DNA from: Raillietiella orientalis
Lineage: Eukaryota
Reading direction: 5' to 3'
NCBI GenBank assembly: GCA_036172245.1
Contig: JAYWIR010000031.1
Span: forward strand, 1-64,000
Length of the DNA stretch: 64,000 bases
Below, in pieces: positions 51,001-64,000 of the stretch (the first letter of the stretch is position 1; each line of letters opens with the position of its first letter). Below the pieces are notes generated by a model, which did no database searches, was not told the DNA's origin, and was given only the letters and a program-made list of their open reading frames with translations. A program made the translations under genes and the position numbers.

Positions 51001-53144
51001 CTGTTCCTGTTTTTTGAGATGCTTTTATGCAACACTTTTTTGTTTGCATGCCAAATTAATTCTTCACTTACAAACAGGATTCCAAAAGTTTCAGATGACA
51101 CCTGCTTCTCTGCGTTAGTTTGCTGAGGAATGATCGAATCGGTTTTACAGACAAATATTTAACGAAAAGCAACACCGAAAGTCATAATGATAAACGTGAT
51201 TGCCAGCCACTACACTTGAATTCTCCGTAACATTCAAAGCATGGGGAATCTTTTAGGCATGTTTATTGCACATACCTTGCTTTTTGAGGAGTGAAATGTC
51301 ACTTATCCATGTAATATGTAACGTATGAACGTAACGTTAAACCACGGAAAACATGTTTACCGCATGCGATGTCGTCATCGTATTCACCCAAGTAAACGAG
51401 AATTGCACAGATTTCGTTTACGGTTAGTGATAGTTTGTGTGAGAATATTCAAACATATTTCGAGAAAGTCACCAAACAGCAGCTAACGACATAGTTATTT
51501 CATTGCATGCAATGATCATCCTTGTGCACCATTCCCGTGTTTATAACTCGCGACCGGTTCTTTACGTTATAGGAACCTTGTAGTTGGATTTCGGTGCATG
51601 TTTTTATTTAGATTTTATGTTTTTATGAAGAATTGAATAGCAATAAGGATATTCGTAGTCGTGTTAAATACCAAAAATGACATGCGTAATGAAAGCTTTG
51701 CCCAGTTGTTGATAAAGGTAGGTGTTTTGTTAAATTATTAGTGTAGTAGATGTTTTCGGCACATGTTAAATATTAAAGTGATTAAGTTGTTGACTTTAAT
51801 TCGATGTGAGAAAGCATCTTCACAGACTTTTTTTTGACGTAGAATGTGTAGTGATAATTTGTAACTATTGATATTCTAAGTTTGTCACACAGATTTGAAA
51901 AGAACATTTACCTTTTGGTATTTTTGTGGGCACTTGCAAAACGTTATGATTTGTGAATGCAAGTATTTTGCTATTCATGTATGGAAGCTTTCCATATTTT
52001 ATTTGGCAAGAATTATTTTAAAATGTCATTATTGAAAGAATTAGTTTTTTTTTTATTTATTTCTTTGTATGAATTTAATAACTAATGAATACATTTGTGC
52101 CCAAAAATTAGTTGCAGATTTATTATCTAATTTCAAGTGGAAATGATGCAAATTGTGATTTTGTATAATTGAAATGATGGAATGATAAATATGTAGTAAT
52201 GGTAAATACTCAAAAACATAAAATTTAACTGAAGAGTATACTGTAATAGCTAGCACCCTGGAATTATATAATAAACAACGTGAAACAACATTTGTCTAAC
52301 TAGCAGCTGGATTGTTCGATTTTAACATCCTATTAATAGGTTAATGAGATGGGTTAATAAGTTAACCTATTAATTTATTAACCATGAACTGGATCAAAAT
52401 GAAAAATTATACTCTTATTGTATTAAAGAGTATTCATTTCCTCCCAATTTTAAAGAGAGCACAGTTTTGAAGTTCAGTTTATTGTATCATAATTCAATGA
52501 ATTCATTTTACAGGTTTTCATTACATGCATTCAAGGGTTTTATTTATTCAGCTGTCTTATTTCATTTTTCCACACATTCATCCAACCCTGATCAGAATTT
52601 CAAAATGGTTTCCATTTTTGATCTAGAAATTATTGGAATAACTCTAGTTGACATGTTGAACATTCAGCTTTGGATGAATTGGCGTCTTCTTTTGATAACA
52701 AACAAATATATATACATTATTCTTACAGCTATTGGGTGACAACTACCAAGTAACTTGTTTTTGCTTGTTTTCCCTTTGGCAATTTATGTATTCAAAGGAA
52801 GTTTGTTACTTTGGTATGCACATGATGATGTAAGCATAATGTAAAGTGTTGTGTCATTTTGCTAATAGAATGTAAATGATGCATATTAATACTCCTGTAG
52901 TATGATTTTGCTGTTTTGTACATGAGATTGTAAGTTACTGAAAAATAGAAAATCAAAAAGTATAAAAAACTTGTTTAGGTTATTTTGGTTTTTCTCCAGG
53001 CTGTGGATGCGAATTTTTGATAACTCAACTTCAGAAGAATAGACTTGGAAAATTGTTGTATGTTTGGATGGTCTTCACAATGCATATCAGACACATATAT
53101 GTTGATTGTGTCCAGCTTATGCCAATCTCTGTGTGGTGCATCTG

Positions 53145-55067
53145 ATGGAGACAGAGGACAGCATGCAAGAAAAGGAACGTTTTGCCAGGGAAAACCATTG
53201 TGAAATTGAGCGCCGTCGTCGTAATAAGATGACTGCATATATCACTGAGCTGTCAGACATGGTGCCCACATGCAGTGCATTAGCTCGCAAGCCTGATAAA
53301 CTTACTATTTTGCGCATGGCTGTTGCACACATGAAAGCACTACGTGGCACTGGCAGTACAACTCCAGAAGGCACCTACAAGCCTTCATTTTTAACTGACC
53401 AAGAGTTAAAACACCTAATTTTGGAAGCGGCTGATGGCTTCTTATTTGTTGTTGGCTGCGATTCAGGGCGTATTATTTATGTCTCAGACTCAGTGACACC
53501 AGTCTTGGGCCAGTCACAGGTATGTTACAAGCTGTGACATGCAAAGCTTAGATTACTGCTTATTACATAGAATGAGATGTTTGGAGCCAACATTTATGAT
53601 TATCTACATCCAGATGATTTAGAGAAGATGAGAGAGCAGTTGAGCACTCAGGAATCTCCAGGATCAGGCAGGATTTTAGATTTAAAGACAGGGACTGTTA
53701 AAAAAGAAGGCCATCAATGTAAGAAAATTCAATGGGATTCTCCATTCATATGTTCAGCAGCATCTATTCGACTATGCATGGGTTCAAGACGGGGTTTTAT
53801 TTGTCGTTTGCGCATGGGTAACATCCAACCTGAAGGCACAGGCAGCTGGGCACGCTTACATCATCGCCGTACACTGGGTCCAGCTACAGATGGCCATACT
53901 TATGCCATAGTGCACTGCACTGGGTACATCAAGAACTGGCCTCCAACTGGTATCCCTTTGGATCGAAGTGCTGAAGAAGATCCCCATGGAGTCAATAGCC
54001 ATTCTTGTTTGGTTGCCATTGGACGCCTACAGGTTACATCTACTCCTAGCAGCAGTGACTTGTTAGGTTCCAGCACTAATCCAGGTAAATGGTATACTTC
54101 AATGAAACAGCTTTCTTCTTTTGCCTCAGAGTTTATCTCTCGACATAGTGCTGATGGCAAATGTACTTTTGTGGATCATAGAGTACTTCCCTTATTGGGG
54201 TATGCACCTCAAGAATTATTAGGCAAACCGTTCTTTGATCTGGTGCATACTGAGGACCTGGTTCATTATAAAGACAGTCTGGAACAAGTGGTGAAACTGA
54301 AAGGACAAGTAGTATCTATGATGTACAGATTGCGCACCAAATCTCGTGAATGGGTATGGCTGCGCACTTCATCCTTTGCTTTTCTGAATCCATATACTGA
54401 TGATCTGGAGTATGTGGTGTGTACTAATAGTGCTATAAAGTAAGTGGGAAAACCAGTGGGTTAAGAACCACTGAAGGTCTTCTGCTAGTCATCCAGGAAA
54501 TGAAGCACCAGTTACAGACCATTTGTCACAATATTCAGTTGACTATAGCCTGCGCACTAGAGACTCTTATGCATCTCCATTATTGGTTCCACCACGTGGA
54601 TTAGCTCCTCCACCTCCTTCTGCTCTTTATCCCACCTATGAAGCCAGTAACTACTCTCCTGTTCCAGCCAGTTTGCAACAAACACAACATTTATCACGCA
54701 CAAGTAAGCCTTCCACCCCTCCAGTGCAGGGCTCATGGCCTCAGGCCCCTGTGAGACAGGTAGATTGATTTTTTAAAATTAAAATCCCAAAACGATGTTC
54801 TCATAGGCAGAAGGGTACCCTTACAGTGGAATGAGCCCAACAAGTAGATCTCCATCAGGAGCACCCACTTATGCCCAGTTAGATGGGCCACGCTATCCCA
54901 CTAGCAGTCTCTGGCAGTGGCAAGCAGCAGCAAATACAGGCAATGAAGGTGGTCAGCCAACTCCTGGCCAGCCTCATGAGCTGCATGATATGCTGCAAAT
55001 GTTGGACCAAAATGTATCAGGACCTGCTTTTGATGAACTCAACATGTTTCCAGCCAGTTTTGAATGA
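53145..55067 (+). CDS. ARNT: bHLH-PAS transcription factor ARNT/tango (HIF-1beta), 6 coding exons
   Basis: [34 protein letters not shown] bHLH, PAS-A, PAS-B and PAC; introns 53520-53570, 53719-53757/60, 54085-54129, 54440-54488 and 54760-54806. Confidence 0.97.
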
Positions 55068-55456
55068 TCAGTAAAAATGTGCTCTTATTTTCAAAGCATG
55101 TTAGTATGCTTTGGAAAATAGGTGACGAGCAGAAATTGTTGCTCTCTTTATAACGAGGGGAGTTTTTTCTGCTGAGATTTTGTTGTTGAAGGTGAACATG
55201 TGGTTCAAGGTGAACATGCAAGATGTCACCATGTGCCAGTTCTTCCTTTTTATATCTTTTTCTTTTCTTGTCTGTTTTTGAAAACCTAGCTCACTTTTCT
55301 GGCCAGTTGGATGAATATTAGGTTTGGTAGTAAAAGGAGAATACGTCAAAAATAGGTAGAGGGAAGGACTTTGTTGTAGTATTTGCTCCCATAATGATAG
55401 TTCCTGCTGAAAACTATTTGTCCAGCTGTTCCACACAAAAGAATTTTATTTAATAT

Positions 55457-58400
55457 TCACTCATCTGCAAGTTCCTGACTGATTTTGTTGTCAGTTTGTT
55501 AAAGAAGCTTACCTTCATGCTCCTTTTCATCCACTGCTTGCTTCTTTTTTACTTGTTTTGAGCGTGCATACTGTTCGTACTCCTCCCTCATTTTGAGTTT
55601 TTTTTGTATGTGTTCCTGTTTTTGCTCCTTTTCATGTTGTAACTGAATTGCAAAAGCCATCATGTGGTACTTTATCTTGCCATATATGTACCATCTGCTC
55701 TTCCTCTTGTAACGTCATTTGTCTATATAATTCATCCAATTGACGGTCTTCATCCTGTAATTTCTGTTTTTCTGTTAGCTGATGATCAAGTTCCTTGCGT
55801 ATCCTTTCAGAATCCAAAATACAGGGATCTTGTGGTCTGGAAACAATTTATTTATGTGCTGTAAGTGTTACTCACTTTTTTAAGAAACCTTGTGCCAACC
55901 GTAAGCGTTGTTCCCGCAATCTTTGCAGACGTGACTTGATGATATCTTGAGTAGGATGTTTCATAGCAGCTAGTTCACTCCGCAGTAAACGTTCTTCGCA
56001 CTTTAGTAGCTCTCGAAGTCTGATTTCGTAGAAATTCAGGATATTACGTTTTTTTGAAATTAGTGAATATAAGTATGAATAAAGTTATTTCCATCAGTTG
56101 GAAACCAAAAATATAATTTTCAAATGGAGAAAATGTATATCATCTTGCTAAGAAACATACGGAAACATGCACAAATGAAATAAAAGTCTGGAGCACTTCG
56201 TATTAAAAAGAAATGTCTTAGCATTTTAATGGCATCATGCAGCTATGTGTGCTGTAATACATATATGCAATGTCTTGCATGAATACTTGATAACAGAGTA
56301 ATGGTCTCATTGTTTCAGCAATTAATGGTTATCAACCAATAAATTCCTGATATGAAAAGGCTAAGCTTTGGTAGCCTAAGAAAAATTAAGGAATACAGAA
56401 AACAAAAAGCTGATTAAAAAAATATAGCTAGTAAAGAATTAATCAAATATCCAGTCATCCGATTGATGTGAACATGCTGACTCTAAATAAGAGTTACGTA
56501 TCTCTTGAGAAGTATGCAAAATAATAAATTAGTTTATCCAAAATCAAGCTTTGCAAAACTTTTGGAGTTGATGCAAACATGGTTACAACTGAAATAGTTA
56601 TTCACAATGGTTTCATGGAAGATTCTTATCGACTAAACTAAAGCGATCGATCTGAGCAACACTAAAATGTAACGCTTTAAGCAATTTGGGGAAAAAATGC
56701 GTTCAGATTTTGAAAACATTGATACACACGTTAAACATTGAGTTCATATTTCGATGTGAAAATCTAAGTCTAACTCAAAACTAATCTTCTATGAGAAAAC
56801 ATCATCATCTGCAAGCAGCTAAATACCAAAGCAATTGAATTAAGTATAAATATGAGATAACGAATATCTGAAATGAAAGCATTGAAAGAAGTAGATTCCA
56901 TATCTCCTGGAAAAAAGACTTTTATATATTCATGAACGAATGACTAACCAAAGAGTAAATAAACGTCAATAACGTGTAATTCTAACTTTAAGTACGTGGA
57001 CATAATAGGTAGGAGATTATATAAGACTTTTCAAGATTAAACACTTGGCAATTCTGTTTATCCTTGAAAATTAACCCCAATAAAACTACGAATATATTAA
57101 TGAATAAACTTCAGGTAAGAAGCTACAGTATTCCAATGCTATGTTTGCCTAATTAGGAATATAAACTAAGAAGTTAATTTTGAAATTCTGAGACTAAAAA
57201 AGCATAATTAATAACATGGCGCCATCAACGTTAAAACCTAAACGATGGCCAAGTAATGGAATATCAAATGAAGACTAATCATTATTATTATTTTTAATTA
57301 GGAGAAAATGAAAGGGAAAACACGTACTCGCGTTATCTACAATCCAAAGTATACCTACCTACAAAGAAATCTAATGAAGAAAAGAAAAAAAATCATTATT
57401 AAACAGAACTGAGGTAAATAACAAACTGAGTAAGGTTCCTAAGTACCGTGCAAGCACGTTACATCTTTCAAGCAAGTTTAGTGGAATTAAAATTATATCT
57501 ATCACAAGTCGGTAGATTTGCTTTTTAAAAATATTCAGTCTAGTATAGTCATCAAGATCAAGTTGGAATTTATGCAGTAAGCAAATAAAAAGCATTTTCA
57601 CATATACAGAAAAAAAAAAAGCATTTCTATTCATTTGTGCACCCAAGCTCTCAATGCATAATGTAATTTTTCAACTCAAAGACCAACACTTTATTTGTTT
57701 GAAATGGCTTTTTTAACGTGTTTGAAAGATGACCATTAAAATACGTATTGTACATTGGAACTCTGACTAAAACAGAACTAAAATAGGAAGATTTGTTCGT
57801 ATTGTGCTTTGGCAACTTATTGGCAAGAAATTTACTTTTTTTTTGTAGGCATAAATATTTCGAAAACATAAGCAAAAGCTAACGCAGTGATCAAACTCCA
57901 TAACATGTGGTTCCAAATATTACTGGAACGACATGGAAATCAGTTCGTATAACATACTTGATTTCTGTTTTTTTAAAAAAGAGTTCTCTGACATAGAAAA
58001 AATATATTATATTAAATATATATATTAACCTAGAATCCACAGACAATGAGAAAAAAATATATTAACCTAGAATCCACAGACAATTTACAGAAAATTCTAG
58101 CAACTCAACTGGAGTTGGAAAACATGAAGCATAATTTTCACACAAAAGAGACTTCTTATTGGAATTCCTGTATACTAGAGAACAATGGCAAATTGCACAT
58201 GATTCTTTTCATTTTGAAACCATCCACGAATTAGATACAGATGATATGTGTAAATAAGGAAAGAAACTGCATTGATGCAATTCTTAGCTTTTTCTGCGGA
58301 CTATTATATAACAATTACACTTAAAGTTGGTTTTCTGCTTTGATTAGCCAAAAAAATCAAGTGTAGTTTGCTGATTAAAGCAGTTATTTCGGCAAAACAG

Positions 58401-58814
58401 CATGTATTTAAACACTTTTATTTACATAAAATTCACTTGCACTCTAAAGAATTCGTATGACTAAACTGATGTGTATCATTACATAATTTTTCTGAAACTC
58501 TCGGCACGGGTAATTTGCCTGGTAAAAGCAACACATGCTATTTTGAGGCTTGCAATGCTTGCTACACTACTTACGAAAGCTATTTTAAAAAGATCATACC
58601 TTTCACGTCTTTCAGTAAGTTGTTTCTTGAAAAATGTTATGTTTTGTTGTTCTGATGCTGAAGCTCGTTGTTGACGGAAGTCATAATTTTTATCTGTAAC
58701 TCTTTGCCATTCCTGAAAAATATGTTCTCGTTGTTGCTGCTTGTTAAAACTCTGAAGGTTTCGTATTTGGTCTTCTCGTTTTCTCAGATTTTCCAACTTC
58801 TTACTAGAAGTCAT
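55457..58814 (-). CDS. Short coiled-coil protein, CFAP53/trichoplein-like (~208 aa, 5 exons)
   Basis: Exons 58814-58600, 56019-55876, 55836-55692, 55627-55513 and 55464-55457 splice in frame; QEWQRVTDK and LTERRERLRELLKCEE resemble the CFAP53 N-terminus; AATAAA just after the stop; X-box upstream. Confidence 0.68.
58022..58085. repeat. Short intronic direct repeat (atattaacctagaatccacagacaat x2)
   Basis: Two identical copies about 37 bp apart. Confidence 0.8.
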
Positions 58815-58846
58815 TGTTCTTGAGAGAATAGCTCAGAAGTAAACAG

Positions 58847-58860
58847 GTTGCCATAGAAAC
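58847..58860. promoter_or_regulatory. RFX X-box GTTGCCATAGAAAC
   Basis: Fits the GYTNYY-N1-3-RRNRAC consensus and lies ~33 bp upstream of the ATG of the ciliary-type gene. Confidence 0.75.
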
Positions 58861-59344
58861 TAGTGTAATGCTCGTAAATTTGCAATGCAATGTAACCCCA
58901 GAAGTTTGTCGACAATCGGTGTTTTTTGCGATCCATAAATTATAGGCCAAAGAAAATGCGTTATCGAATTTTAACGGTATTAAGTAACCTAGCCGAAAGT
59001 AAATTAGCCGTGGATGTATATCAGCAAAATTGAGTAAATTATCTTACCAATAAAAACTTATCACTAATTGACAGAAAGCATTTTTGCTACCCAGTACCAT
59101 AATGATGTGATTTAGAAATCAGAATTTGTGCTAAATTCTATTTCTAAAACGGAGTTCGCCTCGAAACCAGGAAAATGTGCAATAAGTATTTGAAAAATTA
59201 GCAAAATCAAGTGAGTCACAAATATGAAAAAATTTGCAAATGTAATGAAGGGACCTTCAGGAGAGGACACTTGATGCCTGGACCATTAAAAGCTTGTAAA
59301 ATATAAAATTGTGAAAAAGTTACTATGATACACAAAAAATAGCC

Positions 59345-61085
59345 ATGTACCACCTCACGGAGGAAGAGCAAAAAGTATAAAGCACAAAATGCTATCAATC
59401 CCTAATATTTGTACAGATCTTACAGGAGTTTCATTCACAGCTCCAGTGCCAAGGTTTTGGTGATGTTCCACATAGCAAAGCATTACGCTTTCTTATGGCT
59501 CGAAAATTCCAAATCACAAGTAGTCTAGAATTGTATGCCAAACACCAGACCATGTGCAAACGAGAAGGACTGTTGCACATTGATCCCAATTCCTCTCCAT
59601 TGCAAGAAGAATTGGAATCAGGCAAACTGACCATATTGGTAAGGAAATGGTCAGATGGTTGTGCCAAAAGTTAGAATGCAGGAGCCCACTGGACTTAAGG
59701 GAGGCCCTGTAGTCTTGTTCACTGCCAGTTTACACCATCCCCCCAAATCCTCTCGCCAAGTGATTTTGCAGTCTTTAGTATACCAACTGGATGTTGTGCT
59801 TGTTGAACCTAAGGTACAGCAAGAAGGTGTAGTGTTTGTATATGATATGCGTGGTGCTGGCTTTGCCAATTTTGACTATGAACTTAGCCATAAAGTACTC
59901 ACTTTACTTCAGGTAAGTTATAATTCATTGCTCTCAAAACATGCTTCTTAGGGTGCTTATCCTGCTCGATTGCGTAAGGTGCTAGTTGTGCAACCTCCTC
60001 TTTGGTTTCATGCTCCATTCCATCTTCTACGCTTGTTCCTTCGTGAGAAACTTCGGAAACGTGTCTTCACCGTTAATACTGCCAGTGTACACCATCATCT
60101 TAATGCAGAGGCATTACCTATCTCTTTGGGAGGCATTTGCCAACATAATCATAAACATTGGCTTAAACAGTGCCTAAGTGTTTCCACATCAACACCAGTT
60201 TCCTGGCAAGAGTTCATGTTGCAAATCACACCCAAAAGACGCCAAGAACTTTTGGAGGAATATGAAGGAATCAAGCTACATGATCAGTCTGCTTCAACCT
60301 TGGCATTCAATTTGCCTTCTAATGCTGCCAAAAATCGTTACAAAGATGTGCCATGTTATGATCATACTAGAGTGGAACTTCCAAATGATGTGTACATCCA
60401 TGCCAATCATGTTCAGATTCATGAAGCTCCAACAGCAAAATATATCTGCACACAGGCACCTCTTCCCAGTACCATTGAAGATTTCTGGTTGATGGTGTGG
60501 CATCATGAAGTGCACATTATAGTGATGATGACACGTCTTATTGAGCTAGGATGCATCAAAGGAGTTTCATACTGGCCTGAAAAGGAAAGTGAATTCAGGA
60601 GGTATGGTTCTTTGCTGATTGCCAACTGTGGGCTGGAATCACATAAGGATTATACAGTAACATCCCTTCATGTGCACAATAAGGAAAAGGTACGCATTGT
60701 TCATCATTTTCAATACCATTCATGGCCAGATTATGGTGTTCCAAGTTCTACTACAGCATTTTTGGATTTTTGGAAGCATGTGCACACTTTGCGAACTTCA
60801 TTATTAAAAGAGGTGGAACCCTGCCCAATCATAGTGCATTGTAGTGCAGGTGTGGGAAGAACAGGTACATTTTGCACTGTGGATGCTTGTATCCAGCAAA
60901 TGCAAAATGGATGTTCTGTTAGTGTGCGGCAAGTAGTAGAAACTGTCCGAGCACAACGTGCTTATAGTGTGCAGAATGGAGAGCAGTATATTTTCTGCCA
61001 TCAAGCCCTATTTGATTGGGCCCAAAAAGAGGGTCTGATGAATACTCAGAATTTACCTAATTTGCTCAGCCCTTATAAAGTTTAG
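59345..61085 (+). CDS. PTPN9: Non-receptor tyrosine phosphatase PTPN9/PTP-MEG2 (CRAL-TRIO plus PTP), 4 coding exons
   Basis: RFLMARKF, VYDM.G...NFDYELS and GAYPARL (Sec14 domain); KNRY, WPDYG and HCSAGVGRTG; introns 59375-59416, 59639-59681 and 59913-59951. Confidence 0.94.
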
Positions 61086-64000
61086 TGCATATCCAACATT
61101 ATAAAGATCTGGATATGCTTGCTTACAACCTGATACCAGATACTTCTTGTTGTTTGTGCTCCTTTTAATGCCATGTAATCAGTGTTCGGCAATTGGGCTT
61201 CACATCTATTAGCTGTTCAAATATTTTATATCGCTAAAATCACAATTTTGCTATGCCAGAATATCAAATGTTTTCATTGTATGACTTAGCCGTGACAAAA
61301 GTTTAATAAAAAACATATTGAACACAAACTTTAAATCAGTTTCATGCTGACGAGTTCAATTGTATGTTTTTTTTTTTTTTTCCTTGTTTTAAGAAGTACT
61401 ATGCAATCTTAAATGTCATGTGCTAAACTGAACTTGGCGTTTTGCTTGTTTCAAAACGAAAACCCCAAAATACTGTCAGGTTTATGAAAGATAAGGGAAA
61501 CCTAGATGAAAAACACCTGCAGTTTAGGTTCTTTGGTTTGCCCAGAAACTTTCAGTGAAATACGACGTGTAGAATAAACAAACTTGGCAGATAGACCTGT
61601 GCAGTATGCGATTTTCACATCGCTAACGTCATTAAGGTCAGTATCATCACACATAACATTCTGTTATTTGGATGCATACCGGGATTATGATTGTAGAAAA
61701 ATAAGACGAAATCAAATCAGTTTTGGACACCAAGTACTAACGACACAATCTCTATTTGCATGAGATATAACTAGGATTGCCAGATTCCCAAGTGATCCAG
61801 CAGTATGGGAAGTGCGGATTTTTTTTCCAATAAAAAACTAATCTCTTTATTCAAAACTAATACATTTACTTTATGAAAACCTTTATTGCTGTTAATATTT
61901 TTGAAAGCAGAATAACTATATGCAACTCATCAGATTAAGCCCATATTTCAGTATCAATTAATATAATGTATCACTTTCACTTTTAATATTTAGTTATTAA
62001 AACTTTAAAATTTATGCAAGTGTCATTTGTTCCAATAAATACAGAAATAGATGCATAGCTACTTGAAATGAATTTAATAATTTCTTAGTTCATACAGTAT
62101 CGAAGTGTATTCTGACTCTGCATGCATCTCAAGGGTCTCCTTTACTATGATCTCTGCGTTTAAATTTTCCAAGTTCTATTCCTTTCTATCCTAGTCACAA
62201 TCGTCAAACCAAAAAACAAACAGACAAATAACCCAATTGTTTCAACAAAAAAATGGCCATAGCTTTCAGATATATGAAATTAATCGCTTTAAGTACTTTA
62301 GCGGCATTGCAATAAGTCGTAGCATGCGTAATCTATATTCGATCTATCTGACAGGCTTGGTCAAATGTTGGTTCCCACAGGAAATTTTCAATACTCACAT
62401 TCTCCAAAAGAGTGTCTGCTATTTTCCTTGATTTCGAGTAACTGTTTTCATCTAAGTTGCTTTAGATCTGATTTCTTAGCAAAGATGATTGGGATGAATT
62501 GAAAATTTTACTTCCGAAATAAAACCGTTTGTTGGAAAAAGAGTTGTAAGAAACAAGCCCTTTTATTAAGTTTCATACAAATTTGTATTTGCATTTTCGA
62601 AATTATCTTTGCAACAGAACCATCAGATTCTTTGACTTTCAAGAAAGCGAACACATCTTGCATTTTTTTCTGATTTCTTATGTAAAATAGGATGAATCAT
62701 TTTGATTACTATTGTGAACAAGGGAGACGATGAATAGGAATCGTCGTTACTTGGGAAAAAGCTCAGTTCTGAAGAAAACATTTTGAGCGAGAACTTTTGT
62801 GTTTGCTGGTTGTTAGATTTTCAGCCATTTGGAGTTCTTCATGTTCCTTCGAATGTTGCTAGTCACTTGCTGGAAAGTTCATGCTTTGATCATTCAATAT
62901 TCATGCACTCGGAAATTGTTTTATTGGATTTTTCATTAATAATGGGGTTTTACTGTGTATTTTCATTACACTTGATTCTAACTTAAAGTTTATAGTGAAC
63001 CAGAATTTTTTCATCATATTCATCAAAATATAGTATTTTTTTTAGCTTTGTGATCTCATTAAAAGTCAATAGAACCATTTGTGATGCATGTACAGGCAGA
63101 GGTCATCAATAGAAAGATGAACTAACGAATTTTTTTTCTTACCATTCCAAACATTTATTTACCAAATGATGAACTCAAAACTACAGATGTATTTTTTTAC
63201 TTTACTAAAGTAGAGAACAATTAAACAAGTGATTTTGCACAGTTTATTGCTTGTAATAGTTATAGTGATTTAGATGGATAAACAATAACTATGTTTCAGA
63301 TCTTTCAGACTTCTTAATCCATGGTCATCGTTTAGTTGGAGTTTCAAGTTGTAAATTTTTGAAAAAATTTGGAAACACACACACACACATACAGGCTGAT
63401 AACATGAAATTTGCTTTCAACATTTACATTTCGAGTCACTTTTAGGAATTCAAGAAACCAAAGTGATCAAATGCAATACTTCTATGAAAACAACAAATTT
63501 CTGGGTTCTGAAGAAATAAAAGCGCTAACGAATTACGATAAGCGTGAAGAGAAAAATTATGAAATAAATTCTGGAGATTAGAAAGTCGAGAAGGAACAGA
63601 CAACCAAGAAAGACTTACAATTTGTTCCATGGCTTTGCTACAGAACGAAGTGCAGCCTAAAATGTTCCAAAGCAACAAATCATCAAAAAATTTATTTAAA
63701 ACAATTCATTTGAGAATTCATCTTTCTAATTTGAACGAGCAAGACAAATGTAGCGAAATTCTGCTCCATATATTAGGTGGAAATTGCCTGAATTTCTATT
63801 CTATAAGTAAAAAAAAAAAGTGCTTTCCGAAGTTAATTCTGTTTATATTGGAACTGTAATGCTGAGAACCTGTTTGGAAAAACTTCGGAAAATTGTTTTG
63901 ACTCTAAGATTATTTTCAAACAGCAATCATTTTGAAGTAACATCCTGTAGTATAGTTTGAAATCATTCTGTCAGTAATAAAAACGGTTTGGATTTCCAGA

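Noticed and set aside
61100..64000. Short ORFs in the AT-rich tail (also 32.8-34.4 kb and 48-52.9 kb)
   Set aside because: No recognisable motifs or consistent exon chains; treated as intergenic, intronic or UTR sequence.

Overview
Eukaryotic, most likely arthropod, genomic DNA with two very different halves. Bases ~1-26,540 are a GC-rich, gap-free mosaic made only of L1/Tx1-type non-LTR retrotransposon pieces (RRM/CCHC ORF1; APE endonuclease-RT-zinc-finger ORF2). About 13 segments from at least 5-6 diverged subfamilies alternate in orientation, and all are defective. The mosaic includes a ~4.1 kb inverted repeat. The subfamilies share cis-signals: a T(A/G)ATG ORF1-stop/ORF2-start overlap, a GGACGTG DPE-like 5' motif, a covarying 3'-UTR RNA structure, and a terminal hairpin with almost no poly(A). 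Bases ~26,600-64,000 are AT-rich host DNA with five genes: DHX34, a Tret1-like sugar transporter, ARNT/tango, a short CFAP53-like gene with an RFX X-box, and PTPN9/MEG2. Their introns are nearly all 38-52 nt. This half also holds decayed hAT, mariner and L1/Tx1 relics and a piggyBac-like MITE. All calls are by eye; no database searches were run. Subfamily letters A-J are my own labels.
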